This document shows, one piece after another, positions 39,011-48,580 of a DNA stretch of 64,000 bases. Position numbers and translations under genes: made by a program. Below the pieces are notes generated by a model. That model was not told where the DNA came from. It searched no databases and worked only from the letters and a program-made list of their open reading frames with translations. Source of the stretch: Dimorphilus gyrociliatus (Eukaryota; Animalia; Annelida); contig CAJFCJ010000018.1 of assembly GCA_904063045.1 (NCBI GenBank), forward strand, positions 124,001 through 188,000. The letters run 5' to 3'. Every line of letters starts with the position of its first letter. The first letter of the stretch is position 1.

Positions 39011-39554
39011 ACTTTATGAACTTATTTCAAATTAGGAAGACAGAGAATATTATGATCAATATTTAATTTAATCGTGTTGGCGGTAAAATCGCCTATATAC
39101 AAGCGAGCTAGTCCAACAAGACATTTATTCGATCTGGTCGAACAATGCCGGAATTATTATGTAGTTTTCAAGGTGTTCCGCGGTGGCACGCCGGGTTTTC
39201 CGGTGCGTAACCTGGTTTCCAATTAAACATATATTTTTGGGTACTTGACAAGAAGCCAGTCTTTCCTATTTACTAAACTGACAAAAGATTGATATCTCAC
39301 GTGTTTATTGATAATATATTTACCTCTTTATAAGATACTTATATATAAATTAGCAATAGTATTAATTTTAAGTTAGGAGTAGAAATATAGCTTGCTTAAA
39401 TAGCCGCCACTGTCTAACCTCTCTAGATTAGACATAATCTGTTAGAGTTCATAGCAAATGATAAGATTGACTTGATATAATAACGTGAAAACTCTTCCAC
39501 TTCTCTTTAAAACATGTGTCAATTAAACACCTTACAGAATATCATATTGAAAAT

Positions 39555-40658
39555 ATGTCGGAAAAATGTCCCGTTAATGCAGCAACTCCCAATCTTAATC
39601 CCGAAAGTAGAAATGGAAAGAAGAATATTTTGATAGTGTACGCTCACCCCGACAACAAAAAAAGTTTAAATGCTGCTTTTTTGAAGGCTGAGAAATATGT
39701 ATTCGCCAATGCAGGCGATACAGTTGTTATTAGTGATTTATATGATATGAAATTTAATCCTGCTCTCTCAGGAGATGACTTTCTATGTAAGTATTCTAAC
39801 TTCAACTCTGGAATGACCAAATTTGAAGGAAATATTTATATGCTGCTCTCTCAGATGAGCCTGAAGGGGACAAGTTTGAATACATTAAAGAAATTACGAG
39901 AGCGTTTTCAGCAAAAACTTTGGTCCAGATATTGTTAAGGAACAGGAAAAGATCATTTCACCTGATTTAATTGTTTTTCAGGCAAATAAACAGCAATTAT
40001 ATTAAAACCTTTGCGGTCATAGTAATCATCCTTTACAGTTTCCTATTCACTGCCTAGCACCTCCTGCTATTCTGAAATTGTGGTTTGAGAGAGTGTTTGC
40101 AGCATCTTTTGCTTTTAGTTTCAAAGATGGTAAGCTGTTCAATAGAGGTCCAATGAAAGACAGACGAATTGTAGTGAGCTTCACCGTTGGTGGTAACAGT
40201 ACATGTTATACTCCTATTGGAATGCTTGGCGATATAGAAGTATTGTTATGGCCATTATTGATACAACAAACAATTAATCTTTTAAATTTAATATCTACTT
40301 TAATAAATCTACTTTTAGAATGGAACCTTACACTTTTGCGGATTCCAAGTTGTCAAACCGCAAATAGAATATGGAACCTTTAATTTAAAGGAGGGGGAGG
40401 GTGATGAACTCCTCATGGCTTGGAAAAACAGACTTAGAAACATTTGGAGTGAAACTCCTAGAGCTTATTATACTCTGGAAAGTTGTGAATATTCTAAAGG
40501 TTCATTTTTTTTTGTAAAGACTGAGGGATATAATATATTTATATTTATTAGGGTTTCAACTAAGCGATGCCATTATAAATGGCGAAGTGGAAAATCCAGA
40601 CAAAGTGCCCTCTACAATTGGTCAACATATGAACAAACCTATCAATTCCGAACTATAG
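39555..40658 (+). pseudogene. NAD(P)H:quinone oxidoreductase (NQO1/2 flavodoxin-2 family), disrupted as assembled
   Basis: ILIVYAHP, SDLYDMKFNP, DLIVFQ|FP, LKLWFERVF and GTLHFCGFQV motifs, plus an NQO1-like C-tail. One-nt frameshift near 39913-39924 and an intron (40261-40318) starting AT instead of GT. Confidence 0.72.
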
Positions 40659-42528
40659 TTAGTTACCCAACATACAAAATTTTTAACAATTTTTCGATTA
40701 ATTGAGACATAATTTATAAAATAAAACTCACCAATGACGTTATTTCTACTGCTACAACAACCACACATTTTGATAAAAACTGTTTTCCAGAAGCCCTGCG
40801 TTTCTTTTTTGGGTAACAGTCTAGTTACCACGCTGGCCGAAGCACTGCTTATACTTGAACTACTGGCAACAGTTTGCATAGGCCTAGTTTGGTTGATAAT
40901 CACCAAGAGTTTGATAAAGTTAGGCCAACTTGAGTTTCGAGCGACCAGTAGATATACAAAAAATAACACACAATCCTATCGATTTCTAACCGTAAACGCA
41001 GATGACTCTCGCTGATTGTTGCGGTTTGTATATCTACACACCGAAAAAAGTCATGAGTTGGTCTGAATTTTAAGTTTTGAAGGATTGCTAAGGTGTCCTA
41101 TTTATCTGAGTCGTAGCAGCAAAATGACTCATAGAAAAAGAGAGGGGGCACTGTACTGCAACACGTTAATTTTATGCGCGCCACCATTGATCATTCCAGA
41201 TAATACAAACAATAAGTTAGGTTCGAGCAGAAGATGGAAAAAAGTTACTACTTACTTTTAGTTACGTCCAACGAGCACTGTCCTATGCTATCCCTGCTCA
41301 TGTTATCCCAAAGCATCTTCTTATGACCTGTTTTTAATGAATCTTTCGTTGGCAAACTTTCAGGTTTCTTCTGTTCGCCATCTACAGTTACTCGATAATT
41401 TGCGCCATCTGTGGGTGACTGCAAATCTACAGCTTTCAATGCTTGGTTTTTGGTGGAGAGAGCTTCGCTTGAAGTCGATTGTTTCTCTTTAAATGAATGA
41501 TAGAATCCATTCCCATTTAAATTTGATGCATTATCGCCTATTGATTTCAAAATACGGGATGTGCGGGCATTATCTGACGAGTTTTGGGGATTATTTTTTG
41601 TTTTGTTCGCTCTTGTTGGACTAAAAAAGCGTCTAATGGGTGAGGGCTTCTTAATTTTTTTTGAAGAAGTTGATGTATCCGAATCCGGATCTGGTTCAGA
41701 ACTATTCCTTGGCAGGGATCTTCGGGCTGTCTTAGGCGATAACTTTCGGAAGAAATTCGATAATCCGGAACTAAATGACTTTTTCATCTTTGGGCTATCT
41801 GACTTAGTTGGTGTACTAGGCAACGAAGAAACATTATCATTTGTTTTAGTAGTGTTTTTATTTCTTAACCTCCGAAGTTCAATGGCAGCGTCAATATACG
41901 AAGCATCGTTAATTGTCCATTCCCCGTTCTTATCCACTGACTCATAATCATAACTACAATATAATTGTTCATTTAATAGTTGTAAATAGCTGGCAGATAT
42001 GTCATGTGTATATTCCTTTTCTATTGTTTGCTTTGAAACAGGTTTTCCTGAATTTGAAGGTTTTGTTTTTGAATAACTTAGTCGTCTATCTTCCAAAAGC
42101 TCTTCGGTTGTTTTCTTCGAGTTTAGAGACTCGATTGGTAGGGATATTCTCACAGTTCGTTGTTCTTCTATATCAGATCTCTCTTCAGCGTCATTCTCAT
42201 TTTCCTTTTCGTCCTCCTCTTGATCCATTGGCTTATTAGGCCTTTTGGGTTTTGTTAAGGCAGACAAGGAGGTGTAGTAAGGCTGTTGAATGTTCAATTT
42301 CGTGCAACGTTCGGATGATCTTCCTCTAGAAGTGGACGAAGGAGATACACCTCTAGGTTGCGAAAGGCTATAGCTACAATATGAAGTTTCATTGTAGCTA
42401 TGCTTAGTCAAGCTTTTCCTGCCGCGTTCTTCTCGCGGTAGCTCTCGCATGATCGAAACTGCAAATAGTATATTCATAAAATTATTCATAAGTGGATTTT
42501 TCAATTGAAAAACACGTAATCTGAACAT
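40642..42528 (-). CDS. Uncharacterised Ser/Lys/Pro-rich, probably disordered protein with a C-terminal CGCC motif
   Basis: 426-codon ORF ending at donor A|GTAAGT. Phase-compatible downstream exons near 41030-40992, 40928-40731 and 40652-40642 (tentative). No recognised domain. Confidence 0.6.
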
Positions 42529-44705
42529 ATTTTCCAGCTTACAACTTTTTCAGCTGAATTTTCAATTAAAAGCGTATATAGTTTTATGGCATTTGTTTGT
42601 TGTTGATCACTAATAAAACGTAACATTTATTCTTCTGTTTACTACCACCCACTGGACCTATATGTTTTAAAAAAATCACGTGATCGGAATCCAACCCATA
42701 GTACTTATATAAAATTCGCATGCCATGCTGTATACCTAATCTGCGAATTGCGATGTTCACTAATTCGGAACAGATCACTTTCTTAATCTTCCTATTTTCC
42801 CAGTAATCAACATCGTAACTGTTTAATCATTATTTGATGGCTTGTAGCAACAGCTACGTGTAGATTCGTTTATTACATCATTTGTTTAGATAAGACAGGA
42901 GTGGAATAATTACATCCTTTTGATATTCTACCTTCCATCTCTATTAGCTATTTTTTTAGACCTCCTGAAACTACAGCTTATAGACTTAACGATTGACTAA
43001 TCTCTAATAAAAATTTTAGGCTACCGAATAAATAAAATATGTACATCTATAAAAAAGTATTAAGTAGTCATTTACCAAGCATAATTACTGATGAAACATA
43101 TCGTTGTAAATAGTTGTTACAATTTTGATCATTTCTACGAGAAGAATATATGATAATCACTTACGTATATTTCACCTCTTTAACAGAGAGTAGGCTATTA
43201 ATTGTAGGTAAAGATTCAGTGATAGCCGAAACAACGATTTTTGTGTACAATATTAGCAATCGATAATAGAGTCTTCCCTATATTTTTACAATAGACTCGC
43301 CCACGTATATAAATAGAGGAGTTCATTTTAAAATATGGGGCTTCTACTTTGATGAGTCATTGATGGAAATTCCTAATCGATTTCCTATCGCCGAAGAATG
43401 TGAATTTTGAAAGTAATACAAACCGTAACATTATAAAAAATATGATTTAAATTTCTAACTGATCATAATTAACTAATTTATTTGCTTGTAACTCTAGTAT
43501 AAATAATAATATAAACCATTATTAGACCGTAAATTTTATAGCCTAGCAATGTTACGAAGGTAAAATATATGTCATTTTATGAATTTAATATTTTAAATAT
43601 GTAAAAAAAAAAAAAAGAAAGAAAGAAAAAACCATAAATAAATAAATAAATGAAGAAGTAAATAGAAAATAGAAGGAAAAATGAACTAAAAGTAGGAATT
43701 TCTTGATAGAGAATAAAAAAACATTACGTAGGCTTTTATATTTTCTCTTTAAAAAAAAAACAATGAAAGAAATAGCATCACTGTTTTGAACAGTTGCTTG
43801 TTATTTAGCCTGAAAAAACAACATCGACAGAAAACAAGTTGGCATTATGGTAATTTTGTTCCGTTTATTCTCTTATCCTATAAATTATTTGTTATGGGTA
43901 TTGATATAAATAAAAAGTGTTTAAAACTAACTCAATCATCAATTCCTTCTTTAAATATACTTAAATAAAAAAAAAGAGTAGGAGACACGCATTTCTTACT
44001 TAAGCTAAGACTTTTGAAGCTGAAAAGGATGAAGAGAACGTGTCAGAAGCTGTATAGCATCTGTGCTCAATTGTATATTCGGGAGATAATGTAAACATAT
44101 TTATAGCTATCCTTAGAAAGGGACTAAAAAAGTCTAGTTTTCAAAAGAAGAGGCAGTAAATATGAGTAAATGTAATCTTACTCAATAACAAGTAATTAAA
44201 GCATATTCTTATAAAGTAAGTTTTTTTTAGAAATAAAATTCCTTAAATAAATAAAAGAAGATATCTTTTAGAGTGTGTCTTCTTCTTTTCCAAAACTAGA
44301 AAATGTAATATGAAGCTCCAATTCTTTAGATTCTGACAATTTAACGACTTTTGATATAGGATTCTCGCTAATGTTTTTTGTAGACTGAATTTTAGATTGT
44401 ATTTTTTTTTTCGTATGACATTTGCGGTGTGCAATATATCCGAAATATGTTTACATATCCTCTCAGATTTATATGTCACTTTAAATTAGTTATAAATGAT
44501 ATTCATTTTAAGGCGTAACAACTATTAAAGTAATTTTGAAGAATATACTCCTAAAGATATGTATCGGGAAATTATTCGCTCAAATAAAACAATAAAACTA
44601 CTTTATATCAAGTTTAATTGAGGCTGAGTTACCTGAATATATATTATAAATAAAAAGTTTACCCAGCTCCAATTGTATTCGAATTCACGCAGCTTCAACT
44701 CACAC

Positions 44706-44757
44706 AGCCAATCATCGTCGCCTAATGATGGCGCCACTAGCAGATGTCACTTCCTGT
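44706..44757. promoter_or_regulatory. Compact motif cluster (CCAAT, YY1/CTCF-like, ETS), probable bidirectional promoter
   Basis: AGCCAATCA at 44706, ATGGCG at 44728, CTAGCAGATGTCAC at 44737 and CACTTCCTGT at 44748, in a GC-richer island between divergent genes. Confidence 0.5.
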
Positions 44758-45537
44758 TTCTCCTGCCTCACTAAATACCAAAAGGCATAAATTTTTTCTT
44801 AGAAGGGACTGTTATTTTGAAAATACGCAGTTCACGTTTAGACTGGTTTGTCTAAAAATTTAGTGTTTTATAATTATTACATTTAAAATATAGATTAAAC
44901 TAGAACTTTAGTACCTGCTATAATCTTAATTTGCTTTTATTTAAACGTTTACCCTTGTTAAATAAAATCTAATGTGACGTTTTTATATTTATTTGAACTA
45001 TCAGAAGTTGAAGAGTTATGTTTCTAATATATACAATACCACTTAACAGAATTGTCAGTCAACTTTTGCGTTTAACACTACTTGTACATATACTTATATA
45101 TAAAAATTATTGAACTAAAAATTAAATATTCCATTACTATGAAATTTATTCTTAATTTTCAGAATCAAAAAATTTTTAATTTGAATTTTAACATATTTAT
45201 TCGGTACAACTAATATTTCCTTTCCAATTGTAGCAATACCGTAGGTCATATCCAAGAGCATGGAATTGTAAATTTTACGTTAATCAAATTGATCTGGCCA
45301 GAGCGACTATAGTTCATATACATTGACAAATATATACTTGATTTTACTGTACAAGATCGTAAAAAATATTTTTGTAAGTTTCCCGTGCGTTTATTAATGG
45401 CCTTTGCTTATTTTTTCTGCTCAAATAATCTCTATTCTGAACATTTATATTTGAAAATTGTCAATTTTACAGCTATTTTTTGATAATTCAACTGATAAAA
45501 ACAAGCAGCAAGGAGAATAATCTATTTTGATTGAAAG

Positions 45538-45851
45538 ATGTCCTCCCCTCAGTTGATGAAAAGTATGTTTCGTCAAGGAGCATCTCTATATAGAACTCAA
45601 GTAAGGAATCTTTTCTTCAAATCCCGTGTAAACAATTTTATATCTATTCTGCAATGAAATATTCTGATCTGTTTATATTTTAGGTTGCCTCAACAAACGT
45701 AACTTCGTCAAATGAAAAAAGCGGACCCATGTTTAAAGCTGCAATCTTGATGTCATTTTTTGGTATAGGATTATCAGTTTTCAGCGTTCGTCAATTATCA
45801 GATACATGTTCGTTGTCTCCTACCAAAAGTGTTATTTTTGAACGAAAATGA
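45538..45851 (+). CDS. 76-aa single-pass membrane microprotein (two coding exons)
   Basis: Exon 45538-45600 + intron GTAAGG..TTTTAG + exon 45684-45851 gives MSSPQLMKSMFRQGASLYRTQVASTNVTSSNEKSGPMFKAAILMSFFGIGLSVFSVRQLSDTCSLSPTKSVIFERK*. Confidence 0.68.
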
Positions 45852-46063
45852 ACAGTAAAACTACACGAGAAAAATGAATTTGAAAGATTTGTAACTGATA
45901 TTTTTTCTGTTTCGTAAATTTTTTTGATTAAAAAAATGCTTGCTGTGAAGAGTTGAAAAACTAATGCAATTCCTTACAAAATAAGATGTGATGTACTGTT
46001 TATTGTTTTCTCTACAAGGATTTTAAAAAAACTCCCTTTTGAATCTATATTAGGAAATTAATC

Positions 46064-46850
46064 AAGGAATTCTGCCAACATTTTTATTATAATCACAGTA
46101 AGAATAAATAGTAAATAAACAAAAAACTTCTTTTGTATTTAAGATATCTTATTCTTTTTTGATTTAATAAAATACAAAATAGGCATAAGAGTTTGAAAGT
46201 AATTTTAATGTACATAGTATGCTCTGCTAAAATCTTTACCAATCGATCCGTTGTAAGCTGGATTTCGAACTCCATCAACATGATGCTGCTGCTGCAACAT
46301 AAAATAATGTTAGTTCTTATGAAAGGCAATCTGTTTTTTGGAATTTGTGCTGTACACATTGTGCCCTTTAGATGGACCTCTAAAAGTTTCTCCAGTTTCC
46401 TCTGTCTGATTAGTCAAGAAAGAAATACTTTATATTATTGCTGATATTTAAGTCAACAATAACAGCATATCAATACACAATCATACAAGCAAATCAAAAG
46501 GAAAGTGGAAAGCTGTTTATAGTCTATATTTTCACTCGATATCATACCTTATTCAATTTATACTTTCTCCTAACTGATAACAACTGAAATTTAATTTCTT
46601 TCAAGGAGTCATAGTCCGACGACTCAAAAGCGTTGATGGAATATCTAACCCATATACTTAGTCAATTATATATAAACTCCCCTATGTATTTCATAACAGA
46701 CCTAAAGGCGCAATTTTCCCCAAAAAATGAACTGGAGTCACTGTCTTCTAAAAGCTGTTATTTTTATCTCTTTTATAAAAATATTGTGCAATATGAAGTG
46801 TTATCCTATATGATTGTTTAATTACAGCAAAGAACTGCTGCAAACAACAG
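46064..46850 (+). repeat. Direct duplicate of the mucin gene's cytoplasmic-tail exons (source ~48340-49225)
   Basis: Near-identical core 46235-46615 vs 48612-48990 with diverged flanks. Confidence 0.92.
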
Positions 46851-47850
46851 CGTTTAATGTAAAGTTATTTTTTCACAAATTACAAATTGAAGCAACTATC
46901 CTTGCTCTGGGATGACTAAATGACTCCAAAGTAAATCTGTTACCTACTGCTGACGTTGGAGGAACAGATACTGTGTTCCGTGTAACAGTAGAATAGATGA
47001 AGTTGCCAATGAAATATCACTATTAGGTGAGAACTCGACAAAGCTTGTATCTAAATTCAATCAAGATTGAGCTTTGAATGGATAAATTACTCTCTGGCTG
47101 TGAACCATTCAGTATTTGTGTCGATTCTGAAGAAAGTGACATTGAGTAAAAAAAAAAAGAGATAATTATAATTTAAAATTCACCTTGGGTGTCATTTAAA
47201 TTATTTGTAATGAATGAATTAGTTATTGATAAAGAATTTGAAGAGTAAATTGCAGTACTGTTTGCAATAATATCATTTTCAATAGTACTTGGAGTTTCTA
47301 TAGACCAGCCAGAGGTGAAATCACTCAATTGCTTTATTTCGGAATCTGTTAAAGATAGGTCAGATGTTGTAGATAATATTTCCTCTACAGAATCAGCGGT
47401 AGCAATGATTTTAGAATGTTCATCTTCACTGAATGATGGAGCTATGAAAAGAAGAAAAAACCTAAAGTAAATATTTCAATGGAAAAAGTGTCCAAATTAT
47501 TGACAGATTACAAAACAAACTTATTGTAGATTTATAAAAAGTTCACAAATGTCGATTGCAGGTAAGATAATAAATATACAAGAGATTTACAGTCTAGCGG
47601 TAATAAACTACCAGTCTTTTATCAACCACGCCCTCAAAGAGATGTAGTATTTGTAAGGCAGTAAGAGGTCTGAAGTTTCATTTACTCATCTTTTGTGAAG
47701 CTTAGCTATTAAATTAAATTATCTTGAACATAACAAAACTTATACATATACTAAATAACTATTTGATTACTTTTAAATTGATATCTAGTTGACTAATTTT
47801 CAACAGTTGGGTTTTTATTGCTAATTTAGTAATTAAAAAGTAAAGTGAAT
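46851..47850 (-). pseudogene. Deleted duplicate of mucin exons 2-4 (source ~55090-56800)
   Basis: 47066-47640 is nearly identical to 56034-56606. Internal deletions of ~640 and ~70 nt cause a frameshift ending in RYKLCRVLT*. Confidence 0.85.
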
Positions 47851-47995
47851 GTTGTATTAATAAAAAAAGGGTAAAAATTCAATTTTTTTGACTTTATGAT
47901 TTTAAAATCAATGTATTGACTGGTCTAGTTTTCAGAATGGCAGGAAACGTACCTTCCTTATTTACATTTTGGGCAAATTGCTGGTAGCAAAAATT

Positions 47996-48290
47996 CTCTC
48001 TAGATTAGACATAATCTATTTGAGTTCATAGCAAATGATAAGATTGACTTGATATAATAACGTGAAAACTCTTCCACTTCTCTTTAAAACATGTGTCAAT
48101 TAAACACCTTACAGAATATCATATTGAAAATATGTCGGAAAAATGTCCCGTTAATGCAGCAACTCCCAATCTTAATCCCGAAAGTAGAAATGGAAAGAAG
48201 AATATTTAGATAGTGTACGCTCACCCCGACAACAAAAAAAGTTTAAATGCTGCTTTTTTGAAGGCTGAGAAATATGTATTCGCCAATGCA
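47996..48290 (+). repeat. 295-bp copy of the NQO promoter and 5' exon 1 (source 39419-39713) with a nonsense change
   Basis: Ungapped match at offset 8577 with 3 differences seen; TTG->TAG in the ILIVY codons. Confidence 0.93.
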
Positions 48291-48580
48291 AGTTACCAAA
48301 TAGACGAAAATTAACTTGTTTTATATTAATAAAGTAAGCAAAGAATTCTGCTCACATTTTTATCATAATCACAGATTAAGAATAAAGCGTAAATGAACAA
48401 ATAACTTATTTGGTATTTAAGATATTTTATTTGTTTATGATTTCATAAAATACAAAATAGGCATAAGAGTTTTGAGCATGTTTAATATACATGCAGCTAT
48501 TTCACTCTTTATTGTAACTGCAAATTTGCTAATATAAAACTTTTTTTTAAGACTGCAATTCAATTATTAATAAAGTTTTT

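Noticed and set aside
39150-39225. GC-rich hairpin-like patch CCGCGGTGGCACGCCGGGTTTTCCGG, faintly like the 7SL Alu 5' end
   Set aside because: Similarity is under 15 nt with no remainder of SRP RNA; more likely the DLGAP/NQO promoter.
39911-39925. Programmed -1 frameshift in NQO
   Set aside because: Only A5C, not a full XXXYYYZ heptamer, and no clear downstream structure; a homopolymer error or mutation is simpler.
40261-40318. AT-starting NQO intron as a U12 AT-AC intron
   Set aside because: ATACAAC is not ATATCCT, it ends in AG, and there is no U12 branch site.
45230-45372. CUB-like YPRAWNCKF frame
   Set aside because: Stops after ~30 codons and has no compatible flanking exons; better explained as a UTR exon of the microprotein.
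46064-48290. Transposon (Helitron or Pack-type) origin of the patchwork
   Set aside because: No terminal inverted repeats, target-site duplication, Helitron CTRR hairpin end or transposase seen; all pieces trace to neighbouring genes.
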